DNA from: Pachysolen tannophilus NRRL Y-2460
Taxonomy: Eukaryota
DNA length: 64,000 bases
Assembly: GCA_001661245.1 (NCBI GenBank)
Contig: KV454014.1
Location: 698,954 to 762,953 of the forward strand
Direction of reading: 5' to 3'
Made by a program: the position numbers and the translations under genes. Below the pieces are notes generated by a model. It was not told the origin of the DNA, ran no database searches, and saw nothing but the letters and a program-made list of their open reading frames with translations. Every line of letters starts with the position of its first letter. The first letter of the stretch is position 1. Shown one piece after another: positions 12,057-24,700 of the stretch.

Positions 12057-13781
12057 TTAGAATATCCATGTTTTAACGTTATTAAAGATTTCCTTAGCGT
12101 TTTTCTTTTTATAATCTTCTGAATCTGTATCTGAATTTATTTGCAGTTCTTCAGCAATTTTAAAATGTTCATATTCATATTCTTCAATTTCTTTTAAACC
12201 AGAGACTAAATCCACTTCAGATGATTTACGGAAAGGAGTTCTCTTTATCACTTTCCAGAAAATGTAAATAGCAACATTGACAAAGATCATAATATAATAA
12301 AATATGAAATCTTCAACGCTCCACCATCCAGGTAAAAATACTGTATAACCTTGAACACCACATAAAACTAATAAGAAAAATGTAACGATATATGCGCTAT
12401 ATGGTTGGAACCATGACCTATACAGGTATGTTGATTTATCTATTCCTTGGGCTTTACATGCATGATAAAATGCAATATAAGTTACACCCATGTATAAATA
12501 ATTTAACATTTGAGATTTTGTACAAATTGAAGTAATATAGGTAAGTGCTGTTAATGATCCACCTGTACCTAATTCCATAAAGGATAAACATGCAAACAGT
12601 ATAACAACTAAGATACAAAAAATTGGAACACCACTACTGGTACAAATTTGGAAAAAAGCTGGAGCAAAACCTCTTTTTGAAAGTGAATATAATTGTCTTG
12701 AAGAACAAAAAAAATATGAATTACCAGCAGATAATGCTGATAACAATATTATCGCATTAACAATATCTGGCAATACCTTAATATTTAAATTCTCCATTGC
12801 AATGACATATGGAGATGCTGCGGCACTAGATTCACCTGCAGTATTCAGAGCTACTAAAGTTGGATTATTATAAGCAATTAATATACCAACAGATAATGCA
12901 CCACCAATATAAAATAAACATAATCTCCAAATAACTGTCTTAAAACAAGTTGATAAATTTTTTCTAACAGGGTAATGAGCCTCATTAGCAATCATACTTA
13001 TATATTCAGGACCAACAACAAAGAAATTTGCTTGGAAAAGAGCACCTAGCCACCCTTCAAATTTTCCTAATCCACCAGTTGTAACATAACCTGAACCAAA
13101 TGGATCTATTTTAAAATAACGAAATCCAAATGCATCATGAGCTGGATTACCACCACACATTGTTATTAAAGTGAAAAATAATAATCCCACACATAATATT
13201 AATTTCCCAATACTAAGCCAAAATTCACTTTCACCAAAATATTTAACGTTAAAAACGTTTATTGCAGTATAAAGTGCTATTATTATAGATATTGGTATTG
13301 CAGCAGAATAATCATCTCTCCAAAAATCTATTATAGAAGAAACTGCTGTAATTTCAAAAGGAATATAAAGTGCTTCCATCAAGAAAAAATTCCAACCTGC
13401 AGCACATTCAACAGCTTCATCTATACACCTTCCAGCCATCTCTACAAAAGGTGAAGGTGCAGGATATTGAACAACCATTTCTCCAACTGCTGAAGTTAAC
13501 AATAACATTACACATGTCCAAAATACAGTTGCTATTAGTAACCCTGCAGCACCACCTTTTATTAATCCAGTTGCAATAGTAACAAATAATCCTGTTCCAA
13601 TCGAACCACCTATTGCTATTAATTGTATATGCCTACTTTTTAAATGTCTCTTTGTTGTGAAATTTTTATCTAAAAATTTCTTTTCATGTGATTCCTTACC
13701 TGTTTCGGAAGAATTTTGATCAGAGATTGATCGACTACAAATTGAAATATCGATAACCGATCTATTTAATTTTGAATCCAT
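12057..13781 (-). CDS. Amino-acid/polyamine permease (YAT/APC family), Agp2-like
   Basis: LKSRHIQLIAIGGSIGTGLF, FGESEFW, SPYVIAM and SAGNSY..SSR motifs; multiple TM helices. Subfamily assignment is tentative. Confidence 0.85.
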   Translation of the reverse strand: MDSKLNRSVIDISICSRSISDQNSSETGKESHEKKFLDKNFTTKRHLKSRHIQLIAIGGSIGTGLFVTIATGLIKGGAAGLLIATVFWTCVMLLLTSAVGEMVVQYPAPSPFVEMAGRCIDEAVECAAGWNFFLMEALYIPFEITAVSSIIDFWRDDYSAAIPISIIIALYTAINVFNVKYFGESEFWLSIGKLILCVGLLFFTLITMCGGNPAHDAFGFRYFKIDPFGSGYVTTGGLGKFEGWLGALFQANFFVVGPEYISMIANEAHYPVRKNLSTCFKTVIWRLCLFYIGGALSVGILIAYNNPTLVALNTAGESSAAASPYVIAMENLNIKVLPDIVNAIILLSALSAGNSYFFCSSRQLYSLSKRGFAPAFFQICTSSGVPIFCILVVILFACLSFMELGTGGSLTALTYITSICTKSQMLNYLYMGVTYIAFYHACKAQGIDKSTYLYRSWFQPYSAYIVTFFLLVLCGVQGYTVFLPGWWSVEDFIFYYIMIFVNVAIYIFWKVIKRTPFRKSSEVDLVSGLKEIEEYEYEHFKIAEELQINSDTDSEDYKKKNAKEIFNNVKTWIF

Positions 13782-14539
13782 TTTTCAAATGAAATCAAAT
13801 AATAACAGTCTTTCTAATTGTTTGAAACTTGTTCGAATATAATATAATCTATAAAATAAAAATCTTTTGTTCAAGGGTTTTTATTAATTTTTATACATAT
13901 AGTCTTTTCTATTTTCTTATCTCTCTATATCTAAATTTTCTTGTATATTGAATAATATTGGATACTGTCAACGACAAAATTGTTCTAAAAAGATTGAAAA
14001 AGAAAAAGTAAAAAAAAAAAAAAAATAGCAACACCAATAATATCTTTACCATAAAAGGATATATATCCCATATATATAGAAGATAATTCATGGATAATTC
14101 ATTCATTTGGAAATTAATATTATGTATCAAGACGTAAAATAATAAGTTATTAATTGTTTTTTATGTACATGGAGCTGCATAAAAAGAATAATACCAAAGT
14201 TAAATAATACCACGGAGAAGAAGTTTTTTCTTTTTTATTTTTTTTTTTTTTTTTTATTTTTTTTCTTCTTTCTTTCACGAGATCTGCTGCTAACTTCCTT
14301 AAATTGATCGTATTGTTCCTATTTGATTATCATTTTCAAAATATGTCTGCCGAAGTTTAGTCTTAGTTCCATGTTTTACTTAGTATTCACGCCTATTTAT
14401 GCTTGATTGTAAGCGAAAAAAAAAAAAAAAAAAAAAAAGGAAAAAATTTTTTTGTGAGTACTAACTTTCCTATAAGGATGATGTAATAAAGTAAAAAAAA
14501 TGAAAATAAAAATGATGTCATATAAAAATATAAAGAAGT

Positions 14540-14546
14540 TGACTCA
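14540..14546 (+). promoter_or_regulatory. Gcn4/AP-1-type site TGACTCA upstream of the permease
   Basis: Exact TGACTCA about 760 bp upstream of the permease ATG; a single site. Confidence 0.35.
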
Positions 14547-14570
14547 AGAAGAAGCAGAGAAAAGGGAAAA

Positions 14571-14957
14571 NNNNNNNNNNNNNNNNNNNNNNNNNNNNNN
14601 NNNNNNNNNNNNNNNNNNNNNNNNNNNNNNNNNNNNNNNNNNNNNNNNNNNNNNNNNNNNNNNNNNNNNNNNNNNNNNNNNNNNNNNNNNNNNNNNNNNN
14701 NNNNNNNNNNNNNNNNNNNNNNNNNNNNNNNNNNNNNNNNNNNNNNNNNNNNNNNNNNNNNNNNNNNNNNNNNNNNNNNNNNNNNNNNNNNNNNNNNNNN
14801 NNNNNNNNNNNNNNNNNNNNNNNNNNNNNNNNNNNNNNNNNNNNNNNNNNNNNNNNNNNNNNNNNNNNNNNNNNNNNNNNNNNNNNNNNNNNNNNNNNNN
14901 NNNNNNNNNNNNNNNNNNNNNNNNNNNNNNNNNNNNNNNNNNNNNNNNNNNNNNNNN
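14571..14957. other. Assembly gap (N run)
   Basis: Run of N. Confidence 0.99.
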
Positions 14958-15696
14958 TTTTTTGCAGATGCCGGTCCGAGTAACAAAGCAGAAAAGCTTT
15001 GTTTTATTTTTTTTTTTTTTAAAGTTAAATCATGTCAGAAAATGTAAGAGCTGAGCATTGACAATAGAGTTGGTTTTAGTACCGCAGTAAAAGAAGAAAT
15101 AAGATTATAGTTGGGATGGCCAATTTAAATCGAAGAGATGAGATGACCGCAGAGCTTAAATCGAATGACAAAATTAAATTATACTTTAAGAATCTTTTTT
15201 ATTTTTTTTTATTTTTTTAATTTTTTTTAGTTTTGCCTTTATTACAGTTTTCAAAAAAATTACTGGATACCTTTAAACAGTAGTAATAATTATTTGGTAA
15301 AAAAAAATGATGTAATTGAGAAAACGACTAAATCTTTATTTACTGGAATGCCGTAGACTTGTTATTTAAATCACTCAAATCCAAGCTTTTGTGTTACATT
15401 AATTTAATGGTGAAGGTATAAAATAATTACAAAAGAACAAGCTTTAAATTTTTTTTTTTTTCATTTTAATTATTAACGGCAACAAACATCTCTTTCTTGT
15501 TTAACGTATTGAGTTCTATATGTTCGTTATAATGTAACTATAGTGTAAATAAATTTCTGAAAATAAAAAAAATTTTTTTTTTTCTTTTAGGATTATTATG
15601 TAAAAAAACAGAAAAAACGAAAGAAAGTAAAAAAAAAAAGTTAGTATTGATAACCATACTGGTTGATTGGGGTATTGATTGAAATAAGTCTTCAAT

Positions 15697-16053
15697 ATGA
15701 GCTTCAAGTATTCATTGTAAGTTTATCTTTTGTTATAATTGTCAATAGATCAATTGTTCTAACAGGTTTATATGTTTTTTCTAAGAAATCTCCAAATTCC
15801 GTTTGAAAATTCAAAGCAATCAGCAATAGCACAAGGCTCACTTCTGCCAGATCCAATATTAAAACCTAATGAAATATCAGTGATTTATTCAATAAATTCT
15901 AAAAATCCGAATATATTAGAAGTTAAATTTAGTGGTGATAGTGATAGAGTGATAAGAGTGGCGGCAAATAATGTTATTGAAAATTTAAAAACCATAATAG
16001 AATGTATGGATGAATTTGATGGTAAAAAAAATATAATATTTATACAAGAATAA
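15697..16053 (+). CDS. PCC1: EKC/KEOPS complex subunit Pcc1; exons 15697-15716 and 15786-16053
   Basis: Spliced product MSFKYSLNLQIPFEN..QSAIA...PDPILKP...DRVIRVAANNVIENLKTIIECMDEF matches Pcc1. Donor GTAAGT at 15717, branch TTCTAAC at 15757-15763, acceptor AAG ending 15785. Confidence 0.85.
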
Positions 16054-16121
16054 AATAAATAATTAAGATAAATAAATTAATATAAAAGTTGAAAAAGAGA
16101 GGGAAGTTGGAAGGGGGAACT

Positions 16122-17240
16122 TCAACTATATAAAAATGCAGCGTTTTTATAAAAATCTAACATTGGATTGTCACCATTTCTCGTAGTTGTAGCTTCAATG
16201 TCTGCCCATTGTTCCAAGAAAGCTGTATGGGTTGCAGTTTTACTGACTTTACCAATAACTTGTCTATATAGGTCACTTGTAAATTTAAAATCCGTTGGGA
16301 ATATAATATCAAAATAACCTTGTAATACCATGTATGTACTGACATTTACTACTCTATTATTTAAAAATGTTTGTACCGTTGGTGCATTATAACCTTGTAT
16401 GACTTCTGGTAATGATGAAAAATCTGAGGCAAGTAATTGATGTTCAGGAAATTTATATTTTAAAATATGGAAAAATTTTAATAACCTTGTTGGAATATAC
16501 TCTGGTGCAGATAAATTCGAACGTAGTGGGTTTAAAATATTTTTCAAATGATTAATCATTTTAGATTCATAAATTGGATGCCGCCTTTGTGAATTACGAT
16601 TAAAAAAAATACCTTGATTTTTGAATTGTTTCCCAAGAAATGATTTTTCCTTATCACGGAAAACTGAAAACTTTCCTTGTTCTCTTAAACCTAAAAATGC
16701 ACTTGTCCATTCATCTAATTCTGGATTATAAAATTCTTGGAAATCACCATGTTCGCTAATGGCAACATAACCTTGATAAGGTCTACCAGAATCGATATCG
16801 TACCTAACAACATCATGTGCAAAATTGTCAAAAACTTCTAAAGCAATGAAAAAACAAGGTTCAGGAACTACTTCTTCCCATTCAAAAATTGATTTATTAA
16901 TAATCTCAACTTTATCAGAATGTTGAGAAATTTTTGAATCAAGTTGTGCACGTTGACTAGTAGCTAATTTACTAGAAATTTCAATTATCTTATATCTTGT
17001 TCTTTCATAAACGTCCGGCTGATTTCTTTTAATATAATCCATGATGTTTAACATTAATGTTCCATTACCAGCACCAGCTTCATATATTATCAAATCTTTA
17101 TAAGGATATTGATTAAGCATATAGTTAACTAATAAATACCTAGCTAAAGCTTCACCGTAATAAGGTTGAAATAACTCGGAAGGTGTATGCCACAATTGTA
17201 AACCTGGACCACCATCTTTCTTACTATCATTTTTATTATC

Positions 17241-17274
<34 letters not shown>

Positions 17275-17834
17275 AAATTATCATATTTTTCATACGATTT
17301 TAACCAACTAGTCATGAACTCATCTTGATCTTTGAGATCGCTATAATCCAAAGGTTTCAGTGGATGATATATTTCAACTTCCTTACTAAAGTATCCATAA
17401 CTCGGATTATACAATGAGTCTTCAATGAAATCACCAGTGGTCATCTTAACATTTTTAGGTCTTTGCGCATTGACATTCAATGGTATCGAATCAGACAGAA
17501 AAGCCCTTTTCATCAATTTTGAAGAAGTTGTTCTAGGATAACTATTAAACTTAGATCTAACACTAGAAGGGTTTAAATTGTCAACATTACTCCCTACTTC
17601 CAATAATTTTTGAATTGGATTAACTAAATTGTTAATACTGATACCACTATTGTCTTCTGTAGTAGATACATCATCAACTTCTAATCTATATTGAATAGTA
17701 GTTGGTTTAATTGAATAATCAAAGAGAAATTCTTTCTTTGGCAACGGATTAAACTGCTTCAATTTTTTATTACTAATATGCCTTACTAAGCTCAACCTGG
17801 GTTTCAAATAGCTACCCATCGATTTGGAAAACAT
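16122..17834 (-). CDS. Mitochondrial protein arginine methyltransferase, NDUFAF7/MidA family
   Basis: Basic N-terminal presequence, DFIEDSLYNPSYGYFS, LWHTPSELF, the YEAGAGNGTL SAM-binding motif, EVFDNF and DIIFPTDF. Confidence 0.82.
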
Positions 17835-18025
17835 TCATAAACAAAATTAACATCAATTATCAACTGATAGTTTTAGATTTTAGTTAATAGTTAATTATCA
17901 GTTATCAACATTTAAATACACTACATAAAAATTGGTTCAAAAAATGAAAATAAAAAAAATTTTCGTATTTAATTTTTAAAATAAAAATAATTTAATTTAC
18001 TAAATAGATAACTAATCAAGTGACT

Positions 18026-21000
18026 ATGGGAGTTCCAGCACTTTTCAGATGGTTGTCTAGGAAATATCCAAAGATTATATCTCCGGTAATTGAAGAAGAG
18101 GTGAAAATTATAGATGGTGTTGGCTACCCTCCAAAATACGAAGATCCAAATCCAAATGGAGAATTGGATAATTTGTATCTTGATATGAATGGTATTGTGC
18201 ATCCATGTTCACATCCAGAAAACAAGCCGGCTCCTGAAACGGAGGAGGAGATGATGTTGGATGTTTTCAAGTATACTGATAGAGTATTAAATATGGCGAG
18301 ACCAAGAAAAGTGTTGATGATTGCGGTTGATGGTGTTGCTCCTCGAGCAAAGATGAACCAACAGAGAGCCAGAAGATTTAGGGCTGCTCAAGATGCGAAG
18401 ATTCAAAATGAAGAAAAGGCAAAAATGATTTTAGAGATGGAACTGAAGGGTGAAGTCATAGATGATATGATAAAGGGTAAAAAAAGATGGGATTCTAATG
18501 CAATTACTCCAGGTACTCCTTTCATGGATATATTGGCAGCATCCTTAAGATATTGGGTGTCTTATAAATTGGCAAGCGATCCAGGTTGGGCTAATTTACA
18601 AGTTATCATAAGTGATGCCACTGTTCCAGGTGAAGGTGAACATAAAATCATGAATTTTATAAGGTCTCAAAGATCAGATCCAGAACATAATCCAAATACT
18701 ACGCATTGTATATATGGTTTAGACGCTGATTTAATTTTCTTGGCTATAACTTCACATGAACCTCATTTTAAAGTCTTGAGGGAAGATGTATTTGCCAAAG
18801 ATCAAAGGTCAACAAGGTTTACTGATCAATTAACAATGACCGATATAGAACGTGATGCAATCAAGAAGATGGATGAAAAAAAACCGTTCTTATGGTTACA
18901 TAGTAATGTCTTGAGAGAATACTTGGAAATTGAGTTGAATATACCAAGATTACCTTTTAGATTTGATTTAGAAAGAGCAATGGATGACTGGGTTTTTATG
19001 TGTTTTTTTGTTGGAAATGATTTCTTACCGCATTTACCTTCTTTAGATGTTAGGGATAATGGTATCGATATCTTGGTTAATATTTGGAAAAGAATATTGC
19101 CATCTTTAAAATCGTACATAACATGTGATGGTAACATTAATTTGGATGCTGTCGAGAAATTATTGGAAGGTTTAGCTCTGCAAGAGAATGAAATTTTTAG
19201 GAAAAGACAAGAAAGAGAAAAAAGATTCGAAGAAAATGATAAGAGAAGAAAGCTTGATAAAAATTCTTCTGATAATTTGAAAAACCAGGTATTAACAAGA
19301 GTTATTAGGCCACTGAATAAAATATCTGACAATTTGGTGAATGCCCAAGTTTACAGTACATCAACTGGAGAAAATGTTTCTCGTGATATAAAATTATCTC
19401 ATAAAGAACTTGTTCACAACAGAAATATTATTTCAATGGCAAGTATTGCAAATAAAAGTGCAGCTGGAATTTTAAAAGAAAACTTGGCAAAGAAGGCAAT
19501 TAATGATGCTGAAACTGAGAGTGTTCTGGAGGGAGAATCAAAAATTGATATTGATGCAGACGGGGAAGAAAAGATTCCACTGGAACCTATTGATCTGGCT
19601 GATATTGAGGAAAAAAACCAATCGAATTTAAGTGCAGCAGCAGCATTAAAACAAAAATTATTGGCAAATAAGCAGATTGAAGCTGATTCTGATTCCCTTA
19701 AAGTTAATGATAATGTATCTTCTTCTTCTATTGGTGAAAAGAGAAAATTTGATACTATGGATAATAGTAATGGTAGCACTGAAGAGGAATCTGAGTTAGA
19801 ATCTGATGATAATAACTTGAACGGTGATAACGTTAGGATGTGGGAACCAGGTTATCGTACTCGGTACTATGAGCAAAAATTTCACGTTTTTGGAGAAGAA
19901 GAGATAAAACAAAAACGTAAAGATGTTGTCAAGTCGTATATTGAAGGAGTTTGTTGGGTTTTATTATACTATTATCAAGGTTGTCCATCTTGGGATTGGT
20001 ATTATCCATACCACTATGCCCCTTTTGCTGCAGATTTTGACGATTTGAAAAGTTTGGAAGTTAATTTCCAACAGGGTCAGCCGTTCTTACCTTATGAGCA
20101 ATTGATGTCTGTATTACCTGCTGCCTCTGGCCATAATTTACCACTGGTTTTCAGGCCTTTAATGACTGATCCAGAATCCAAAATTATAGATTTTTATCCA
20201 GAAGAATTTCCAATTGATATGAATGGTAAAAAAATGTCATGGCAAGGTATTGCTTTATTACCCTTTATTGATGAAAAAAGATTATTAGAAGTTGTTCGAG
20301 GTAAATATTCAGAATTAACTGAAGCTGAAATTGAAAGGAATACTTTAAAACAGGATGTTTTATTTATCAGTAGTAATAATAAGAGTTTTACCAAGTTTAA
20401 AAGCAAACTTTATGATAATATTGGTTCTGAAACAGAAATAATTAAGTTTGGATCACATTTGAGTGGTTTAGCTGGATGTGTAAAGAAAGCTTCTGAATTT
20501 AAAATGAATGGCATTACACCTTTCAAATTAGGTAACAATAGTGATTCTCCAACAGAATATTCAGATATAGATAATAGTTGTATTTTAAAATTAACTTATA
20601 TGATGCCTACAAAGATTCACTCAAAATCGATGCTTCTCACTGGTTATATCCCTCATTTTAAGGCATTGACTCAAGAGGATAAAGATGCAATCATATATGG
20701 TAATGGTAGTATGAACAATAGAAATAGGTATAATAGATATAGAGGAAACAATAACGACTCTGGCGAAAATCTAGATTTTAAGAAAAATGTTGGTCCCCAT
20801 GGTGATTCCATGTATACCGCACGTTACGGCGGCTACAAGTCTTTCATCACTCTATACCAACAACAATTACAACAACTGCAACTACCATATCATCAAAATC
20901 AAACTTATCATAGAAACCAAACCCTGGCGTATCAGCCACATCATGCACCGCACAAGCCACGCCAGCAGTATCAGCTGCACCAAACCTATCAGCCATACCA

Positions 21001-21082
21001 ACAATCTCAACAATCTCAACAGTACCGAAACTACCCCCAACAGCAACAACGATACAGCAACCAGTATAACAGAAGATACTGA
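18026..21082 (+). CDS. RAT1: 5'-3' exoribonuclease 2
   Basis: MGVPALFRWLSRKYPKI, DNLYLDMNGIVHPC, DGVAPRAKMNQQR, PGEGEHKI and GNDFLPHLP. The true ATG is at 18026. Confidence 0.96.
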   Translation: MGVPALFRWLSRKYPKIISPVIEEEVKIIDGVGYPPKYEDPNPNGELDNLYLDMNGIVHPCSHPENKPAPETEEEMMLDVFKYTDRVLNMARPRKVLMIAVDGVAPRAKMNQQRARRFRAAQDAKIQNEEKAKMILEMELKGEVIDDMIKGKKRWDSNAITPGTPFMDILAASLRYWVSYKLASDPGWANLQVIISDATVPGEGEHKIMNFIRSQRSDPEHNPNTTHCIYGLDADLIFLAITSHEPHFKVLREDVFAKDQRSTRFTDQLTMTDIERDAIKKMDEKKPFLWLHSNVLREYLEIELNIPRLPFRFDLERAMDDWVFMCFFVGNDFLPHLPSLDVRDNGIDILVNIWKRILPSLKSYITCDGNINLDAVEKLLEGLALQENEIFRKRQEREKRFEENDKRRKLDKNSSDNLKNQVLTRVIRPLNKISDNLVNAQVYSTSTGENVSRDIKLSHKELVHNRNIISMASIANKSAAGILKENLAKKAINDAETESVLEGESKIDIDADGEEKIPLEPIDLADIEEKNQSNLSAAAALKQKLLANKQIEADSDSLKVNDNVSSSSIGEKRKFDTMDNSNGSTEEESELESDDNNLNGDNVRMWEPGYRTRYYEQKFHVFGEEEIKQKRKDVVKSYIEGVCWVLLYYYQGCPSWDWYYPYHYAPFAADFDDLKSLEVNFQQGQPFLPYEQLMSVLPAASGHNLPLVFRPLMTDPESKIIDFYPEEFPIDMNGKKMSWQGIALLPFIDEKRLLEVVRGKYSELTEAEIERNTLKQDVLFISSNNKSFTKFKSKLYDNIGSETEIIKFGSHLSGLAGCVKKASEFKMNGITPFKLGNNSDSPTEYSDIDNSCILKLTYMMPTKIHSKSMLLTGYIPHFKALTQEDKDAIIYGNGSMNNRNRYNRYRGNNNDSGENLDFKKNVGPHGDSMYTARYGGYKSFITLYQQQLQQLQLPYHQNQTYHRNQTLAYQPHHAPHKPRQQYQLHQTYQPYQQSQQSQQYRNYPQQQQRYSNQYNRRY

Positions 21083-21766
21083 TTAGTTTTTATGTATATT
21101 AGATGTATTCATTTGTCCCTTTTTTTTAATAAAAAACAACAAGTGTAGTAATAGTAATAGTAATAGTATTATATACCCTAGACGCGTAAAAAAATACATG
21201 GATGAATATTTACAACTTTAACCTAACATGAAACAGGCCACAATTGCCTAATCGGGAAGGTCCGCCATTTTAGTAACTTTTGAGCAAAAGTGAGAGTCGG
21301 CGCTTTTCGTTCTTCAAGAGCCTACAGTTGTATACACTTAAAACTAAAACAAGTGATTTCAAATCAAGAGTAACCGCCGTTAAAAAAAAAGTTTAAAGAA
21401 TTATATATACTATATTAATATACAAGAACATAGATAGTCATTAATATAATTGGCATTATTATTTGCAAGAATATATCATTAATTTAAATTTTCATTTACT
21501 TCTTCATTTCTCATATTTTGTTTGATTGTGCTTTTTTTTTCTTTTGTCTTAATTCTTTTTATATTTTTTCTTTTTTTTTTTTTGGGTTTTTTTATCAATT
21601 TTCTATTTTTTATTGTCACATTCCTAGTATCTTACTTTTTGAGGTTGATATAGGTTTGCATCAACCCTTTATCAATCTATCTGATTTTCATGGAGTCTTG
21701 TTGCAAAATAGACAATACGATTATAAGACGTTGAGGATTATTATTGAATAAATCGATAAATCATAT

Positions 21767-24700
21767 ATGTCCAGCAGTAATATTCCAGTTGGAACGGACC
21801 AGGCGAATAGCAATAATATTAACAGCGGTCAGTTTACAATTGATTACCAGAGTCATCAGCAAAAGAGACAGAATTCACAATCAATTCTACCAAGCATAGT
21901 TAAAAGATCAACGTCGCTTAATTATTCACCAAGTACATCCACCCAGGTTTTAGTTCCTAATAATTCAACAAGCTCGGTAATAGGGGGAGGAGGATTCTAT
22001 ACCCAATTACCATCATCATTAGCACAAACACCAGCCCTTCATAACATCAATACCAATAGCAATACAGCTGTCCAGCAACATCAGCAGCAGCAAAGTTCGC
22101 TTAGGAAATTGGTTTCTTCTTTAAACAATAACAATATTAATAATATTAATAATAATAATAATAATAATAACTTTACCATTGCATCCAAGTTGAATCCAAG
22201 AATAACAACACCAACTCCCAATATTAATTTTGAACCCCCTCTGTCGCCAACTTCTAGAAGCGCGGCAGCAAAATCGTTCAATCAGGAGGATACAGAAATG
22301 TCAAGTGATATAAATGAGATTCCAAATACTGCTTCTCCAGAATCATTTCTGGACCCACCACTGCAATCAGCTCCATCTAACCAGATTATTGAACAACTGC
22401 AGCCTCTGCAACAGCTTACAACAAGCAATCCAAGGACAATAACAGAGGAAGAACAGATATTGGCATCAAAACTTCAAGAAACTTATAGATGCATAGTTAA
22501 ATTGGAAGCAGAATGCCAGAAAGGTTGCATTGATTTGAACAGCAGATTGTTTCAACATGATGCATCTGAACTATCATCGGAACTATGGAGTGTATATAGA
22601 AATATTATTACATTATTAGATTTTTATTACGATTTTTTGCTATACGCATTAAGACCAACTTCTGCAAAAGCAGGCAAACAAATAGTGAGCATATATAAGA
22701 TACCTAGAAGAATGTGGGTATATGGTATAGTTGGTTTTTTGGAGGTGTTAAAAAATGTTGTCACTGTATTCATTGAACATGAAATATGTGCTTGTTTCAT
22801 ATCTTATGCCTTTAATATTATTGGCTGCTTGACAGATTCATCATTGGATATGGAAGGATGGTGGGCTGAAAAGTTGGGTGATCTTTCAAGAATGGCAATT
22901 GCTCTTTACCCTTCTAGATATATTGATTGGAAGATTTCATCTGAATGGTGGTATCATGTTTCAATGAAAACTCAATATGGCCATGGTAAAATTTACTATC
23001 ACATGTCCACGGTTCAACAGGATAACTTAGATGCTTTACTTAATATAGGAAAGAGCGTTTCGTCAAGGGATCCCTTTGTTCCAACATCTCAATATTTGAA
23101 AATGGTTGTTGATAATATTTGTAATCAAAGAAATATTTTATCCTCGGTGGAACTCCCCATAATTGATTTTATTAAAATTCATAAAATATTATTAATATCG
23201 AATTATAATGAAAATCTTGAAATGCTGAATATTGTTTCCCATTATTCAAGAAATTTTGGATATGACCCAGAAGGATTAAATTTTTTTAATCCAGAAGCTG
23301 TTGATAATCAACCATTTGAAAAATTAAATTTTTGGTTTCAAAAAGGTGGAAATTTTGCTCTGTGTAATATAAATCATTTAATAGGATTTGGAGATAGTAG
23401 AAATCCATTTGCAAAATTATTTAATTTACCAGAAGCATTGAAAGAAAGAAAAGAGAAAAAAGATAAAAAAAGAAAATCTAAAACTTCTTCAGAAATCAGC
23501 GCTGAAGATACTGCTCAATCAAATGAAGAACTTTACACTGCAAAAGAATTAACAGAAGAGAATTGGTTTGAATTGATAAGATTTATAAATAAAGGTGCCT
23601 TAGAACTCTCATTTCGAATGCTTAAGGAATATATAAACGGTCCAAAACAAACCTCATTTCCTCACGTGATAGTGTGGTTGTATTTCCTCGTTGCAGTTGG
23701 AGAAAGTTTGAAAGAATATCAAAGTGCAAACTTGTTATTTCATTGTTTAATAAAAAAGGGATTCCCTTGGATGTCATTAATTCGTTACCTAAATGATGTA
23801 TTATATGAGATAAGAACTAGTGATCAATTAAGAGAAATTGCATATTATTATGATAGCGCTAATGAGGCCCACGGGAATAGAAACAAAAACATATCACCAA
23901 TTTTTGAAAATTTACCAGAAGTTTGGAAGTGCTGGGGAACTTTGTGGTTTGATAGTGTGAATCCAAAATACGACTATAACAATATACAGGAAGCAGGTGT
24001 TGCCAATAGTGTTTTTGATTTGCCAATAGGAGGGCCTAGATATTGTTCAAAATATGAAAAGACAAGAATGATCCGAATGGTATTAGTTGCCAAATATATC
24101 TCTGATAACTTTTCCTTTGGATTAAAATTATCTGAAGGTTATTTCAAATTTCATGAAACAAATTCACTTATTCAAAGATTAGAAAAAGAAAGACCTCATT
24201 TCGATGCATATATTAACGATGCCAGATTTACTGGTTTATTTGAAAGACTTGAAGATGATTTGTTGTGTGGCCCGAATGAAATTGATAACTTAGTTGATAA
24301 TAAGGAATTTTTTGCAAAGCCTAACCAATTACAAATGTTACCCCACCTTCATACTTCTTTCTTTTATAATAGCAAAAGATTCAGGTCACTTGATAGCAGC
24401 GACCGTGACTTAAACATAGATGCCGATGATGAAAATGATAATGATAATGAAAACGATGAGCTGAGATCTGAAGAGTTCCTGGACCGTCATACATTCATAT
24501 TGAAACACTGGTTTTTAGCATTAGATACAAATATTTTTTTAAAACATATTGGAATTATTTATAAAGCTGTTAGTGTTTCTGCTTTCAAGCTAGTTATTCC
24601 CTTGGTTGTATTTCAAGAACTTCGCTCTTTACGCCGTTCACAAGATCCCGGTGTTTCTGATGCAGCAACAAGAGCTGTCATTGCTATTAGACAAATGTTT

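Noticed and set aside
14409..14476. Plus-strand intron-like signals (GTAAGC, TACTAAC, AAG)
   Set aside because: No credible exon or ORF on either side; probably chance, though the adjacent gap limits certainty.
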